NCBI RefSeq assembly: GCF_046105845.1
Contig: NZ_CP151004.1
Direction: 5' to 3' (one strand)
Source of the DNA: Escherichia coli
Lineage (GTDB): Bacteria; Pseudomonadota; Gammaproteobacteria; Enterobacterales; Enterobacteriaceae
DNA length: 64,000 bases
The translations under genes and the position numbers were made by a program. Below are positions 1-14,357 of the stretch, piece by piece. The notes under the pieces are model-generated. The model searched no databases, was not told the DNA's origin, and was given only the letters and a program-made list of their open reading frames with translations. Position 1 is the first letter of the stretch; each line of letters starts with the position of its first letter.

Positions 1-1201
1 CATCAACGAACTGGGCGACAAGAAAAACAACGTCGTTCCGATTGGTCCGCTGCACGTCACTTCTGACGAACCGGGCCACTTCCGTCTGTTCGTCGATGGC
101 GAAAACATTATCGACGCCGACTACCGCCTGTTCTATGTCCATCGCGGCATGGAAAAACTGGCGGAAACCCGCATGGGTTACAACGAAGTGACCTTCCTCT
201 CTGACCGTGTGTGCGGGATCTGCGGCTTTGCTCACAGCACCGCCTACACCACGTCGGTGGAAAACGCGATGGGTATTCAGGTGCCAGAACGTGCGCAGAT
301 GATCCGCGCCATTCTGCTGGAGGTAGAACGCCTGCACTCGCATCTGCTCAACCTCGGCCTCGCCTGTCACTTTACCGGCTTCGACTCCGGCTTTATGCAG
401 TTCTTCCGCGTGCGTGAAACCTCCATGAAAATGGCAGAGATCCTTACCGGTGCGCGTAAAACCTACGGCCTGAACCTGATCGGCGGGATTCGTCGCGATC
501 TGCTGAAAGATGACATGATCCAGACCCGTCAACTGGCACAGCAGATGCGTCGTGAAGTGCAGGAGCTGGTGGATGTGCTGCTGAGCACACCGAACATGGA
601 ACAGCGCACCGTCGGTATTGGTCGTCTGGACCCGGAAATCGCTCGCGACTTCAGTAACGTTGGCCCGATGGTCCGTGCCAGCGGTCACGCCCGTGATACC
701 CGTGCCGATCACCCGTTTGTTGGTTATGGCCTGCTGCCAATGGAAGTCCACAGCGAGCAGGGCTGCGACGTTATTTCCCGTCTGAAAGTGCGAATCAACG
801 AGGTCTATACCGCGCTGAACATGATCGACTACGGTCTGGATAACCTGCCGGGCGGTCCGCTGATGGTGGAAGGCTTTACCTACATTCCGCACCGTTTCGC
901 GCTGGGCTTTGCCGAAGCGCCGCGCGGCGACGATATCCACTGGAGCATGACCGGCGACAACCAGAAGCTGTACCGCTGGCGCTGCCGTGCGGCGACCTAC
1001 GCGAACTGGCCGACCCTGCGCTACATGCTGCGTGGCAATACCGTTTCCGATGCGCCGCTGATTATCGGTAGCCTGGACCCTTGCTACTCCTGTACCGACC
1101 GCATGACGGTGGTCGATGTACGTAAGAAGAAGAGCAAAGTGGTGCCGTACAAAGAACTCGAGCGCTACAGCATTGAGCGTAAAAACTCGCCGCTGAAATA
1201 A
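1..1201 (+). CDS. hycE: Formate hydrogenlyase hydrogenase-3 large subunit, 5'-truncated at window edge (C-terminal ~400 aa)
   Basis: ORF is open from position 2 in the frame of ORF 149..1201; the translation carries a NiFe-hydrogenase large-subunit C-terminal DPCxxC-type motif (LDPCYSCTDR) and is followed by hycFGHI. Confidence 0.9.
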   Translation, partial: INELGDKKNNVVPIGPLHVTSDEPGHFRLFVDGENIIDADYRLFYVHRGMEKLAETRMGYNEVTFLSDRVCGICGFAHSTAYTTSVENAMGIQVPERAQMIRAILLEVERLHSHLLNLGLACHFTGFDSGFMQFFRVRETSMKMAEILTGARKTYGLNLIGGIRRDLLKDDMIQTRQLAQQMRREVQELVDVLLSTPNMEQRTVGIGRLDPEIARDFSNVGPMVRASGHARDTRADHPFVGYGLLPMEVHSEQGCDVISRLKVRINEVYTALNMIDYGLDNLPGGPLMVEGFTYIPHRFALGFAEAPRGDDIHWSMTGDNQKLYRWRCRAATYANWPTLRYMLRGNTVSDAPLIIGSLDPCYSCTDRMTVVDVRKKKSKVVPYKELERYSIERKNSPLK

Positions 1202-1210
1202 GGAATCGCC

Positions 1211-1753
1211 ATGTTTACCTTTATCAAAAAAGTTATCAAAACCGGCACGGCGACCTCGTCTTATCCGCTGGAGCCGATTGCGGTTGATAAAAACTTCCGT
1301 GGTAAGCCAGAGCAGAACCCGCAGCAGTGCATCGGCTGCGCGGCCTGCGTCAATGCCTGCCCGTCAAACGCCTTAACGGTTGAAACCGACCTCGCCACAG
1401 GAGAGCTTGCCTGGGAGTTTAATCTCGGGCGCTGCATCTTCTGTGGACGCTGCGAAGAAGTTTGCCCGACGGCGGCGATCAAACTGTCGCAAGAGTACGA
1501 ACTGGCGGTGTGGAAGAAAGAAGACTTCCTGCAACAGTCCCGCTTCGCGCTGTGCAACTGTCGCGTCTGCAATCGTCCTTTCGCCGTCCAGAAAGAGATC
1601 GACTACGCCATTGCGCTGCTTAAGCACAATGGTGACAGCCGCGCGGAAAACCACCGCGAAAGCTTTGAGACTTGCCCGGAATGTAAGCGCCAGAAATGCC
1701 TGGTGCCGTCCGACCGTATTGAACTGACTCGCCATATGAAAGAGGCCATCTGA
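1211..1753 (+). CDS. hycF: Formate hydrogenlyase 4Fe-4S ferredoxin-type subunit
   Basis: 180 aa with two CxxCxxCxxxCP motifs ([24 protein letters not shown]); operon context. Confidence 0.92.
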   Translation: MFTFIKKVIKTGTATSSYPLEPIAVDKNFRGKPEQNPQQCIGCAACVNACPSNALTVETDLATGELAWEFNLGRCIFCGRCEEVCPTAAIKLSQEYELAVWKKEDFLQQSRFALCNCRVCNRPFAVQKEIDYAIALLKHNGDSRAENHRESFETCPECKRQKCLVPSDRIELTRHMKEAI

Positions 1754-2520
1754 TGAGCAATTTATTAGGCCCCCGTGACGCCAACGGCATTCCGGTCCCG
1801 ATGACGGTGGATGAATCCATCGCCAGCATGAAGGCGTCGTTACTGAAAAAAATCAAACGTTCTGCCTACGTTTACCGCGTGGACTGCGGCGGCTGCAACG
1901 GCTGCGAAATCGAAATTTTCGCCACGCTTTCGCCGCTGTTTGATGCAGAACGCTTCGGCATTAAAGTCGTTCCTTCACCGCGTCATGCGGATATTTTACT
2001 GTTTACCGGCGCGGTCACCCGTGCAATGCGATCCCCTGCGCTGCGTGCGTGGCAGTCCGCGCCGGACCCGAAAATCTGTATCTCCTACGGTGCCTGCGGT
2101 AACAGTGGCGGGATCTTCCATGATCTCTACTGCGTGTGGGGCGGTACGGATAAAATCGTCCCGGTGGATGTTTATATCCCTGGCTGCCCGCCAACGCCTG
2201 CCGCCACGCTGTACGGCTTCGCGATGGCGCTCGGCCTGCTGGAGCAGAAAATCCACGCTCGTGGGCCGGGTGAACTGGATGAACAACCGGCGGAGATCCT
2301 GCATGGCGATATGGTGCAGGCGCTGCGTGTGAAAGTAGATCGCGAAGCACGCCGACTGGCGGGTTATCGTTACGGTCGTCAGATTGCCGATGACTTCCTG
2401 ACACAGTTAGGGCAGGGCGAAGAACAGGTTGCACGCTGGCTGGAAGCGGAAAACGATCCGCGTCTGAACGAGATTGTCAGCCATCTGAATCATGTTGTTG
2501 AAGAGGCGCGTATCCGATGA
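1753..2520 (+). CDS. hycG: Hydrogenase-3 small subunit
   Basis: 255 aa; 1-nt TGATG overlap with hycF; Cys-rich small-subunit motifs (CGGCNGC, GCPP). Confidence 0.92.
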   Translation: MSNLLGPRDANGIPVPMTVDESIASMKASLLKKIKRSAYVYRVDCGGCNGCEIEIFATLSPLFDAERFGIKVVPSPRHADILLFTGAVTRAMRSPALRAWQSAPDPKICISYGACGNSGGIFHDLYCVWGGTDKIVPVDVYIPGCPPTPAATLYGFAMALGLLEQKIHARGPGELDEQPAEILHGDMVQALRVKVDREARRLAGYRYGRQIADDFLTQLGQGEEQVARWLEAENDPRLNEIVSHLNHVVEEARIR

Positions 2521-2927
2521 GTGAAAAGGTGGTGTTCAGTCAACTGAGCCGTAAATTTATTGATGAGAACGATGCCACGCCCGCCGAGGCGCAGCAGGTG
2601 GTCTATTACAGCCTGGCGATTGGTCACCACCTTGGGGTTATCGATTGCCTGGAAGCGGCGCTCACCTGTCCGTGGGATGAATATCTGGCATGGATTGCCA
2701 CTCTGGAGGCGGGCAGCGAAGCCCGCCGCAAAATGGAAGGCGTGCCGAAATATGGTGAGATCGTCATCGACATTAACCATGTGCCGATGCTGGCCAACGC
2801 ATTCGATAAAGCCCGGGCAGCGCAAACTTCGCAGCAGAAGGAATGGAGTACAATGCTGTTAAGTATGCTGCATGATATTTATCAGGAAAACGCCATCTAT
2901 TTGATGGTGAGGAGATTGCGTGACTGA
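2517..2927 (+). CDS. hycH: Formate hydrogenlyase maturation protein
   Basis: 136 aa; ATGA overlap with hycG; operon position. Confidence 0.9.
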   Translation: MSEKVVFSQLSRKFIDENDATPAEAQQVVYYSLAIGHHLGVIDCLEAALTCPWDEYLAWIATLEAGSEARRKMEGVPKYGEIVIDINHVPMLANAFDKARAAQTSQQKEWSTMLLSMLHDIYQENAIYLMVRRLRD

Positions 2928-3390
2928 CGTTTTACTCTGTGTTGGCAATAGCATGATGGGCGATGATGGCGCAGGCCCGCTACTGGCGGAAAAGTGCGCC
3001 GCCGCGCCGAAAGGTCACTGGGTGGTGATTGACGGCGGTAGTGCACCGGAAAACGACATTGTCGCTATTCGCGAACTGCGCCCTACGCGACTGCTGATTG
3101 TCGACGCCACTGATATGGGGCTAAACCCCGGCGAGATCCGCATCATCGACCCGGATGACATCGCCGAGATGTTTATGATGACTACCCATAACATGCCGTT
3201 GAACTACCTTATCGACCAGTTGAAAGAAGATATTGGCGAAGTGATTTTCCTCGGCATCCAGCCGGATATCGTCGGCTTTTACTACCCGATGACCCAGCCG
3301 ATTAAAGATGCGGTGGAAACCGTTTATCAACGACTGGAAGGCTGGGAAGGGAATGGCGGATTCGCGCAGTTAGCGGTGGAAGAAGAGTAG
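2920..3390 (+). CDS. hycI: Hydrogenase-3 maturation endopeptidase
   Basis: 156 aa, N-terminus [22 protein letters not shown]; overlaps hycH end by 8 nt. Confidence 0.92.
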   Translation: MTDVLLCVGNSMMGDDGAGPLLAEKCAAAPKGHWVVIDGGSAPENDIVAIRELRPTRLLIVDATDMGLNPGEIRIIDPDDIAEMFMMTTHNMPLNYLIDQLKEDIGEVIFLGIQPDIVGFYYPMTQPIKDAVETVYQRLEGWEGNGGFAQLAVEEE

Positions 3391-3448
3391 TTCGTAGACA
3401 AACATGTTCACGTTTTGGAATTTGGACGTGCAATTGTGACGTGTAGAC

Positions 3449-3473
3449 GGGTGTTTACATATTGTGAACACCC
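3449..3473. promoter_or_regulatory. Inverted repeat GGGTGTT-N11-AACACCC upstream of the toxin gene; candidate antitoxin operator
   Basis: Perfect 7-bp inverted arms read directly in the sequence; a second related pair (tgttcac near 3406 / gtgaaca near 3464) lies nearby; about 85 bp upstream of the ATG at 3557. Confidence 0.35.
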
Positions 3474-3556
3474 GTGTGATCAACTACTATAGAAAAATAA
3501 ATCCGAAGGAATGGTAGTCCAGGTTTAGTCATTCAGGCGCTAATAAGGAAGTTAAA

Positions 3557-3868
3557 ATGCACATCATTTCTAAAGCGCCATTTGAAGAGTGTGCGCGCAA
3601 ATATCCTAACGACGCTCTGGCTCTACACTCATTGTATCGGGTTATTAAGGAAACGGATTTTTCTACACCAGAAGAAATGCGAACGGCGTTTCCCAACCTC
3701 GACAATTTTAGATATCGCAACAAATGGTACGTTCTGGATGTCGGCGGGAACAATCTTAGGGTTATTGCCTACATAAACTTTGTTAATAAGCGGTTCTTTG
3801 TGAAGCACATAACGAATCACGCAGAGTATGACAAACTGACACGTTACTACAGAGAGAACAAAGAATGA
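3557..3868 (+). CDS. HigB-family (RelE/ParE superfamily) mRNA-interferase toxin
   Basis: 103 aa; recognisable similarity to E. coli HigB (FPNLDNFRY...YVLDVGGNNLRVIA); SD aaggaag upstream; toxin-first order typical of higBA. Confidence 0.75.
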   Translation: MHIISKAPFEECARKYPNDALALHSLYRVIKETDFSTPEEMRTAFPNLDNFRYRNKWYVLDVGGNNLRVIAYINFVNKRFFVKHITNHAEYDKLTRYYRENKE

Positions 3869-4284
3869 CTGCTAATGCTGCACGCGCTGTTAAAGCAACA
3901 AGAGAACTGGTCAATGCAGTCCCCTTTCTGGGAGGTAGTGACTCAGAAGATGATTATCGTGAAGCACTGGAACTGGTCGAATATTTGATTGAAGAAGATG
4001 ACACCAATCCACTTATCGACTTTCTGGCGAGCCGCATTGCAGAATATGAAAACAACAACGAAAAGTTTGCCGAGTTCGACAAAGCCGTTGCAGCAATGCC
4101 GGTTGGCGTGGCGTTACTTCGTACGCTGATTGATCAACATAATCTGACCTATGCGGATTTGAAGAACGAAATCGGCTCTAAATCCCTGGTCAGTCAGATT
4201 TTGTCTGGACAACGATCCCTGACGATATCCCATATTAAGGCACTTTCAGCCCGATTTGGCGTTAAGCCGGAATGGTTTCTTTGA
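3865..4284 (+). CDS. HigA-family HTH (XRE-type) antitoxin
   Basis: 139 aa; start overlaps toxin stop (ATGA); C-terminal HTH-like segment (GSKSLVSQILSGQRSLTISHIKALSARFG) resembling HigA. Confidence 0.75.
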   Translation: MTANAARAVKATRELVNAVPFLGGSDSEDDYREALELVEYLIEEDDTNPLIDFLASRIAEYENNNEKFAEFDKAVAAMPVGVALLRTLIDQHNLTYADLKNEIGSKSLVSQILSGQRSLTISHIKALSARFGVKPEWFL

Positions 4285-4310
4285 TTTTGACTGATGCCAA
4301 ACGCCAGATT

Positions 4311-4335
4311 GCCCGATGCGCAACGCTTATCGGGC
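4311..4335. repeat. REP-like palindromic element
   Basis: gcccgatgcgcaacgcttatcgggc resembles the REP consensus; lies between the antitoxin gene and the ascB 3' end. Confidence 0.4.
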
Positions 4336-4362
4336 TTTCCTGGTTAGTGCGACAGTAGTTAC

Positions 4363-7253
<2,891 letters not shown>

Positions 7254-7512
7254 CGGATTTTATCCTGTTATCAGTAGGGTAGATGTAGTTGTTATCAGTC
7301 GACGTGACGGAAAAATGCCGATGCTGAAACGGAATTAGGAAACCGGTTTCACAAAATCATGAATAGTTGTCACTAAATAAGCAAGAGAGTTAATTGTTCA
7401 TTTTTTATATTTGTGAAACCGGTCACCTGAATATTTTTCCCGCCGATTGCGCAAGGACAATCGGCAAACGGTGCAGTACACTGCGTTGATTGCGTGTAAA
7501 GGGATGAAAATG

Positions 7513-8523
7513 ATGACGACGATGCTGGAAGTGGCGAAGCGCGCCGGGGTTTCAAAAGCGACCGTTTCCCGCGTGCTTTCAGGTAATGGCTACGTCAGCC
7601 AGGAGACTAAAGATCGCGTGTTTCAGGCGGTAGAAGAGAGCGGTTACCGTCCAAACTTGCTGGCGCGCAATCTGTCGGCGAAGAGTACTCAGACGCTGGG
7701 GCTGGTCGTGACCAACACACTTTACCACGGCATTTATTTTAGTGAATTACTCTTTCATGCCGCGCGAATGGCGGAAGAGAAAGGGCGACAGTTGCTATTG
7801 GCAGATGGTAAACACAGCGCCGAAGAAGAGCGCCAGGCGATTCAGTATCTGCTGGATTTGCGCTGCGACGCCATTATGATTTACCCGCGTTTTTTAAGTG
7901 TGGATGAGATCGATGACATCATTGACGCGCACAGTCAGCCGATAATGGTGCTTAATCGCCGCCTGCGCAAAAACAGCAGCCATAGCGTCTGGTGCGATCA
8001 TAAACAGACCAGCTTTAACGCCGTGGCAGAGTTGATAAACGCCGGACATCAGGAGATTGCTTTCCTTACCGGCTCGATGGATTCCCCCACCAGCGTTGAA
8101 CGTCTTGCCGGGTATAAAGACGCGCTGGCGCAGCATGGTATTGCGCTCAATGAAAAACTTATCGCTAACGGTAAATGGACGCCTGCCAGCGGGGCCGAAG
8201 GGGTAGAAACGTTGCTCGAACGTGGGGCTAAATTTAGCGCGTTAGTTGCCAGTAACGACGATATGGCGATAGGTGCGATGAAAGCGTTGCACGAGCGCGG
8301 CGTAGCGGTGCCAGAGCAGGTGTCAGTTATCGGATTCGATGATATCGCTATTGCCCCCTACACCGTTCCGGCGCTCTCCAGCGTAAAAATTCCGGTGACT
8401 GAGATGATTCAGGAAATTATTGGACGGCTGATTTTTATGCTCGATGGCGGGGATTTCTCACCGCCGAAAACCTTCAGCGGAAAACTGATCCGCCGCGGCT
8501 CCCTCATTGCTCTTTCGCAATAA
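7513..8523 (+). CDS. ascG: LacI/GalR-family repressor of the asc operon
   Basis: N-terminal HTH MTTMLEVAKRAGVSKATVSRVL; start set at MTTM (ORF-track start 7447 judged an upstream extension). Confidence 0.9.
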   Translation: MTTMLEVAKRAGVSKATVSRVLSGNGYVSQETKDRVFQAVEESGYRPNLLARNLSAKSTQTLGLVVTNTLYHGIYFSELLFHAARMAEEKGRQLLLADGKHSAEEERQAIQYLLDLRCDAIMIYPRFLSVDEIDDIIDAHSQPIMVLNRRLRKNSSHSVWCDHKQTSFNAVAELINAGHQEIAFLTGSMDSPTSVERLAGYKDALAQHGIALNEKLIANGKWTPASGAEGVETLLERGAKFSALVASNDDMAIGAMKALHERGVAVPEQVSVIGFDDIAIAPYTVPALSSVKIPVTEMIQEIIGRLIFMLDGGDFSPPKTFSGKLIRRGSLIALSQ

Positions 8524-8671
8524 ACATTGTCATCACATGTCATCGTCACTAGTGTCGATGACATCGTTTTTCCTGCATTACAGAATTTAATTTCTTTAAA
8601 TAACAGTAAATTAAAAACTGGCATGATTTGTGAATGTATCGGCGCATTAACTGTCATTGCTGGAGAATTTG

Positions 8672-9199
8672 ATGAACCGTTTCATCATTGCTGACGCGAG
8701 TAAATGTATTGGTTGCCGTACCTGTGAAGTGGCGTGCGTGGTTTCTCATCAGGAGAATCAGGACTGTGCATCGCTGACCCCGGAAACTTTTTTACCGCGA
8801 ATCCATGTCATTAAAGGTGTGAACATTTCCACGGCAACAGTCTGCCGTCAGTGTGAAGATGCACCGTGCGCTAACGTCTGCCCGAATGGTGCTATCAGTC
8901 GTGATAAAGGGTTTGTTCATGTGATGCAGGAACGTTGTATTGGTTGCAAAACCTGCGTTGTGGCTTGCCCGTATGGCGCGATGGAAGTGGTGGTACGTCC
9001 GGTGATTCGCAACAGCGGCGCGGGGCTGAATGTACGGGCTGACAAAGCCGAAGCCAATAAATGCGACCTCTGTAACCATCGTGAAGACGGCCCGGCGTGT
9101 ATGGCGGCTTGCCCGACTCATGCGCTGATTTGTGTCGATCGTAATAAACTTGAACAACTGAGCGCAGAAAAACGCCGCCGTACGGCGCTGATGTTCTAA
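8672..9199 (+). CDS. hydN: 4Fe-4S ferredoxin-type electron transport protein
   Basis: Multiple CxxCxxCxxxCP motifs; start at MNRFIIAD. Confidence 0.9.
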   Translation: MNRFIIADASKCIGCRTCEVACVVSHQENQDCASLTPETFLPRIHVIKGVNISTATVCRQCEDAPCANVCPNGAISRDKGFVHVMQERCIGCKTCVVACPYGAMEVVVRPVIRNSGAGLNVRADKAEANKCDLCNHREDGPACMAACPTHALICVDRNKLEQLSAEKRRRTALMF

Positions 9200-9351
9200 A
9201 AATCTTACAGAACTGTTCTGGCATCAAAGGAATTCCCGGAAATATTCGTAGAATACGGAGCGGGCGGTATCGCCGACCTGTGACTGCCGGATGCGACGCT
9301 GTCGTGTCCGGCTGGGCGGGTTACGCAATTCATGATGGCGGGAATAACTCA

Positions 9352-11592
9352 ATGGCAAAAAACATATCTTGCGGTGTCCAACTGCGTATTCGTGGCAAAG
9401 TGCAGGGCGTCGGTTTTCGTCCGTTTGTCTGGCAGCTGGCACAGCAATTAAATCTTCACGGCGATGTCTGTAATGACGGCGATGGCGTAGAAGTCCGGCT
9501 GCTGGAAGACCCGGAAACGTTTCTTGTGCAGTTGCATCAGCACTGCCCGCCGCTGGCGCGTATTGATAGCGTCGAGCGTGAGCCGTTTATCTGGTCACAA
9601 CTGCCCACTGAGTTCACTATCCGCCAGAGCACAGGCGGCACCATGAATACGCAAATTGTCCCGGATGCCGCCACTTGCCCTGCTTGCCTTGCCGAAATGA
9701 ATACCCCGGGCGAGCGGCGTTATCGTTATCCGTTTATCAACTGTACCCACTGCGGCCCACGTTTCACCATTATTCGCGCGATGCCTTACGACCGCCCGTT
9801 TACCGTGATGGCGGCGTTTCCGCTGTGTCCGGCCTGTGACAAAGAATATCGCGACCCGCTCGATCGTCGCTTCCACGCCCAGCCGGTGGCCTGCCCGGAG
9901 TGTGGCCCACATCTTGAATGGGTAAGTCATGGTGAACATGCAGAACAAGAGGCGGCATTACAGGCAGCTATCGCACAGTTAAAAATGGGCAACATTGTCG
10001 CCATCAAAGGGATTGGCGGATTTCATCTCGCCTGCGATGCGCGTAACAGTAACGCGGTGGCGACACTGCGGGCGCGCAAACATCGCCCGGCGAAACCGCT
10101 GGCGGTTATGTTGCCAGTGGCAGAAGGTTTACCAGACGCTGCCCGTCAGTTGCTTACCACACCCGCCGCGCCGATTGTGCTGGTGGATAAAAAATACGTT
10201 CCTGAGCTTTGTGATGATATCGCCCCTGGCCTTAACGAAGTTGGGGTGATGTTGCCTGCGAATCCGCTTCAGCATTTGCTGTTACAGGAACTGCAATGTC
10301 CGCTGGTGATGACCTCCGGCAACCTGAGCGGTAAACCACCGGCTATCAGCAACGAACAGGCGCTGGCGGATTTGCAGGGCATTGCCGACGGATTCTTGAT
10401 ACATAACCGCGACATCGTGCAGCGGATGGATGATTCGGTGGTGCGTGAAAGCGGCGAAATGCTGCGCCGTTCGCGGGGGTATGTGCCGGATGCGCTGGCT
10501 TTGCCTCCGGGCTTTAAAAATGTTCCGCCTGTGCTGTGTCTCGGCGCGGATCTGAAAAATACCTTCTGCCTGGTGCGCGGTGAACAAGCAGTGTTGAGTC
10601 AGCATCTGGGCGATTTAAGTGACGATGGCATCCAGATGCAGTGGCGCGAAGCGTTACGCCTGATGCAAAACATCTACGATTTTACCCCGCAATACGTTGT
10701 GCATGACGCACATCCGGGCTATGTCTCCAGCCAGTGGGCGCGCGAAATGAATCTGCCGACGCAAACGGTGCTGCATCATCATGCTCATGCGGCGGCGTGT
10801 CTGGCAGAACATCACTGGCCGCTGGATGGCGGTGATGTCATTGCGTTGACGCTCGACGGTATCGGTATGGGGGAGAACGGCGCTTTATGGGGCGGCGAGT
10901 GCCTGCGGGTGAACTATCGCGAATGCCAGCACCTGGGCGGCTTGCCAGCGGTGGCGCTTCCGGGGGGCGATTTGGCTGCAAAGCAGCCGTGGCGTAACCT
11001 GCTGGCGCAGTGCCTGCGCTTTGTGCCGGAGTGGCAGAATTACCCTGAAACGACAAGTGTGCAACAGCAAAACTGGAGCGTGCTGGCGCGGGCCATTGAG
11101 CGTGGAATTAACGCGCCGCTGGCGTCATCGTGTGGGCGTTTGTTCGATGCTGTGGCGGCGGCGCTGGGCTGTGCGCCAGCCACGTTAAGTTATGAAGGTG
11201 AAGCAGCTTGTGCTCTGGAGGCGCTCGCAGCTTCGTGCGACGGAGTGACGCATCCGGTGACGATGCCGCTGGTGGACAATCAACTGGATCTCGCCACTTT
11301 CTGGCAGCAGTGGCTGAACTGGCAGGCACCGGTTAATCAACGCGCGTGGGCGTTTCATGATGCGCTGGCGCAGGGTTTTGCCGCGTTGATGCGTGAGCAG
11401 GCCACGATGCGCGGTATCACTACGCTGGTATTTAGCGGTGGGGTTATTCATAACCGATTGCTGCGTACACGCCTGGCGCATTATCTCGCTGATTTCACAT
11501 TGCTCTTTCCGCAGAGTTTACCGGCGGGTGATGGCGGCTTGTCTCTGGGGCAGGGGGTTATTGCTGCGGCGCGCATCCTGCATACTGCATAG
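9352..11592 (+). CDS. hypF: Carbamoyltransferase HypF (hydrogenase maturation)
   Basis: Acylphosphatase-like N-terminus, two CxxC...C zinc-finger pairs, YrdC and Kae1-like regions; start at [11 protein letters not shown]. Confidence 0.9.
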   Translation: MAKNISCGVQLRIRGKVQGVGFRPFVWQLAQQLNLHGDVCNDGDGVEVRLLEDPETFLVQLHQHCPPLARIDSVEREPFIWSQLPTEFTIRQSTGGTMNTQIVPDAATCPACLAEMNTPGERRYRYPFINCTHCGPRFTIIRAMPYDRPFTVMAAFPLCPACDKEYRDPLDRRFHAQPVACPECGPHLEWVSHGEHAEQEAALQAAIAQLKMGNIVAIKGIGGFHLACDARNSNAVATLRARKHRPAKPLAVMLPVAEGLPDAARQLLTTPAAPIVLVDKKYVPELCDDIAPGLNEVGVMLPANPLQHLLLQELQCPLVMTSGNLSGKPPAISNEQALADLQGIADGFLIHNRDIVQRMDDSVVRESGEMLRRSRGYVPDALALPPGFKNVPPVLCLGADLKNTFCLVRGEQAVLSQHLGDLSDDGIQMQWREALRLMQNIYDFTPQYVVHDAHPGYVSSQWAREMNLPTQTVLHHHAHAAACLAEHHWPLDGGDVIALTLDGIGMGENGALWGGECLRVNYRECQHLGGLPAVALPGGDLAAKQPWRNLLAQCLRFVPEWQNYPETTSVQQQNWSVLARAIERGINAPLASSCGRLFDAVAAALGCAPATLSYEGEAACALEALAASCDGVTHPVTMPLVDNQLDLATFWQQWLNWQAPVNQRAWAFHDALAQGFAALMREQATMRGITTLVFSGGVIHNRLLRTRLAHYLADFTLLFPQSLPAGDGGLSLGQGVIAAARILHTA

Positions 11593-11669
11593 TGGCGGAT
11601 GTGGCGTAACTAAGCGTAAATAGAGCGCGGACAGTCCCCTCGCCCTTTGGGCGAGGGAGAAAAACATGC

Positions 11670-12803
11670 CTATACCGGCAACGTTTTCAACAATCCAAAT
11701 GCCTCTTTCATCCTATCCTCACTGACCACAAAGGCGCGAAGCTGGTCAGCATCGTCAACGCCGCGCGCCACCATTCCCTGGCGTTCGGTATTAATTTGCC
11801 AGCGTAAATCCTGACGCTGGGTTTCGCCTGCCAGATGCAGCGGTAATTCCGGCGTTTTGATTTTCACCAGCATCGCCGGGAGTTTCAGCGGCGTGTTATT
11901 GCCGAGAAGATTTTTTGCCAGCACCATCGCGCTAAGTTGAATCGGCTGGAGGAACGGCAATACCTGACCGTTAATTTCCGCGCAATCGCCCAGCGCATAA
12001 ATATCGGCATTACTGGTTTGCAGATAACTATCGACGCAAACGCCGCGATTAATCGTCAGCCCGGCGCGTCGTGCCAGGGCGGTTTCCGGGCGCAGCCCGG
12101 TGGCGGCAATTATCGCATCCACTTCGATGCAACGCTGGCGGTCCAGCGTTGCCAGAATGCCAGAATCCGTTTTTTCCAGCCCCTGCAACTGAGATTTTAA
12201 CAGCAGATGAACGCCCATCTCCGTCAACCGATGCTGTAAGCGGCTGCTTACTTCCGGTGGCATTAACGATGCCAGAATACTGGCAGCGTTGTCGATTAGC
12301 GTGACCGCTTTGCCTGCACGACAAAAATCCATCGCCAGTTCGCTACCAATCAAACCACCGCCGACAATCAACACGCGTCGGGCATCCCGCAGTTGCGTTT
12401 CACAGGCGCGATACTCTTGCTGACTATTTAACGTCAGCATTAACTCACGCCCGGGCACTGGCGGGACAAAGGCGCTGGCACCGGTTGCCAGCACTAACTT
12501 GTCGTATTGCCACTGATTATTCTGACTTTTCACCACATGGGCTTCGGCATCGATATCCGTTACCCAGGTGTGCGGAAACAGGCGCAGATTAAACTGCTCG
12601 GCAAATTCACCCGCTGTCTGGCGGGTAAGGTCATCGGCACGTTGCCCATGGCTGATAACATGGCTGAGATCCGGTTTGTTGTACTCATCCATGCTGTCGG
12701 CGGCAATCAGGGTTAATGGAATACTGGCGTCCTGTTTGCGAATATTTTTCACCAGTTGGCGGGCGGCGAAGCCCGAACCAATGATCACAATGCCGTTGCT
12801 CAT
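11670..12803 (-). CDS. norW: NADH:flavorubredoxin reductase
   Basis: 377 aa FAD/NAD-binding (GSGFAARQ) protein; overlaps norV stop. Confidence 0.9.
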   Translation of the reverse strand: MSNGIVIIGSGFAARQLVKNIRKQDASIPLTLIAADSMDEYNKPDLSHVISHGQRADDLTRQTAGEFAEQFNLRLFPHTWVTDIDAEAHVVKSQNNQWQYDKLVLATGASAFVPPVPGRELMLTLNSQQEYRACETQLRDARRVLIVGGGLIGSELAMDFCRAGKAVTLIDNAASILASLMPPEVSSRLQHRLTEMGVHLLLKSQLQGLEKTDSGILATLDRQRCIEVDAIIAATGLRPETALARRAGLTINRGVCVDSYLQTSNADIYALGDCAEINGQVLPFLQPIQLSAMVLAKNLLGNNTPLKLPAMLVKIKTPELPLHLAGETQRQDLRWQINTERQGMVARGVDDADQLRAFVVSEDRMKEAFGLLKTLPV

Positions 12804-14239
12804 TTTGCCTCCGATGCCAGTTCGTCAAAGACGTCTTTGCCAAGGGAGCATTCCGGGCACAGGAAGTTATCCGGGACTTCACTCCACGGCGTTCCTGGTG
12901 CAACGTCCTGCATTGGCTCGCCTTTTGCCGGATCGTAAATCCACTGGCAGACGCTGCACTGCATCCGTGGGCCGAGGTCAGCCGTCGTGGTGGCAGAGGT
13001 TTCTTCTTTAACCACCGTATTCACCGTGCTCTGCGGCAGCGGCGCGAGCGCCCACTGACGGGCAATTTCACGACCGTGTTCACGGCATAACTCCAGCGCG
13101 TCCTGGTCCGGTCGCCATTTGGCTTTCAGGCTAAGCGACATTTCGAAACCTGCATCCTGCAGGCGTGTGGAAAGACGATCCACCGCACCGCCGCTCCAGC
13201 CGTGAGAGCCGAAAGCACTGGCGTGTTTGTTACGGAAGCGTAATCCGGTCATCTCCTCCACCAGCCCGGCGATTTTCGGCATCATCACGTTATTCATCGT
13301 CGAAGTGCCAACCAGCACGCCTTTTGAGCGGAAGACATTGGTCAGGATTTCGTTTTTATCGCTTCGGGCGACGTTGAAAATTTTCACCGCCACGCGTGGG
13401 TCGGTTTCCGCAATCCCCTGGGCGATAGCGTCAGCCATCATGCGGGTATTATTCGACATGGTGTCGTAGAAAATGGTGATTCTGTCTTCCTGATAATCCG
13501 CCGCCCATTTCAGGTACAGCTCGACAATTTGCGTCGGGTTATCGCGCCATACCACGCCGTGAGAGGTCGCTATCATATCGACTGGTAAGTTAAAGCCCAG
13601 GATCTCGGTAATTTTCGGCGTTACCAGACGGCTGAACGGCGTCAGGATATTGGCGTAGTAACGCTGGCACTGCTCGAAAAGCTCCGTCTGATCCACTTCA
13701 TCGTTGAACAGATGCTCGTCGCAGTAGTGCTGACCGAAAGCATCGTTACTGAACAGCACCGCGTCGCCTGTCAGGTAAGTCATCATGCTGTCCGGCCAGT
13801 GCAGCATTGGCGTTTCGACAAAAATGAGCTGTTTGCCGTTGCCGATATCCAGCGTGTCGCCAGTTTTCACCACATTAAAATTCCACTCCGGATGATGGTG
13901 ATGACCATTTATCGAGTCGATAGCGTTGGCAGTACAGTAGATCGGCGTATCGGGAATTTGTGCCATCAGTTCGGTCAGCGCCCCGGCGTGGTCCTCTTCT
14001 GCATGGTTAATCACGATGTAATCGATATCCGCCAGATCGATTTCATTACGCAGGTTCTGCACAAATTCGCGGCTGAATTTATGGTCGACGGTGTCGATCA
14101 GTACGTTTTTTTCTTCGCGAATGAGGTAGCTGTTGTAGCTGCTGCCGCGCAGCGTTTTATATTCCGTGCCGTGAAAATCACGCACTTCCCAGTCACGTTG
14201 ACCAACCCAATGAATGTTATTTTTCACCACAATAGACAT
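12800..14239 (-). CDS. norV: Anaerobic nitric oxide reductase flavorubredoxin
   Basis: 479 aa; C-terminal rubredoxin CxxC...CxxC ([12 protein letters not shown]). Confidence 0.92.
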   Translation of the reverse strand: MSIVVKNNIHWVGQRDWEVRDFHGTEYKTLRGSSYNSYLIREEKNVLIDTVDHKFSREFVQNLRNEIDLADIDYIVINHAEEDHAGALTELMAQIPDTPIYCTANAIDSINGHHHHPEWNFNVVKTGDTLDIGNGKQLIFVETPMLHWPDSMMTYLTGDAVLFSNDAFGQHYCDEHLFNDEVDQTELFEQCQRYYANILTPFSRLVTPKITEILGFNLPVDMIATSHGVVWRDNPTQIVELYLKWAADYQEDRITIFYDTMSNNTRMMADAIAQGIAETDPRVAVKIFNVARSDKNEILTNVFRSKGVLVGTSTMNNVMMPKIAGLVEEMTGLRFRNKHASAFGSHGWSGGAVDRLSTRLQDAGFEMSLSLKAKWRPDQDALELCREHGREIARQWALAPLPQSTVNTVVKEETSATTTADLGPRMQCSVCQWIYDPAKGEPMQDVAPGTPWSEVPDNFLCPECSLGKDVFDELASEAK

Positions 14240-14285
14240 AGCAACCTCAATTTATTCAGCGTGTTCTAAAAAGATGTCTTGCTAA

Positions 14286-14303
14286 TTGCAGATTGCGTGC
14301 CAG
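14286..14303 (-). promoter_or_regulatory. Sigma-54 (-24/-12) promoter of norVW
   Basis: Minus strand reads TGGCACGCAATCTGCA, with GG and GC at canonical spacing. Confidence 0.7.
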
Positions 14304-14357
14304 TTTTTTATCTAATTGTTTTTACTATATAAATAAAATTATGCTCATTAATGAGTA

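Noticed and set aside
7447-7512. N-terminal extensions proposed by the ORF track (ascG here; likewise hydN, hypF, norR, mltB, recA, emrA, emrB, proX, alaE, kbp, csiR, gabP, lhgO, csiD, ygaM)
   Set aside because: The track reports the longest ATG/GTG-to-stop ORF; internal starts matching the known N-termini (signal peptides, HTH starts, SD spacing) were preferred.
11636-11658. Hairpin ccctcgccc-tttg-ggcgaggg between hypF and norW as an intrinsic terminator
   Set aside because: Good stem but no T-run on either strand; may be a REP-like or Rho-dependent element, so not called as a terminator.
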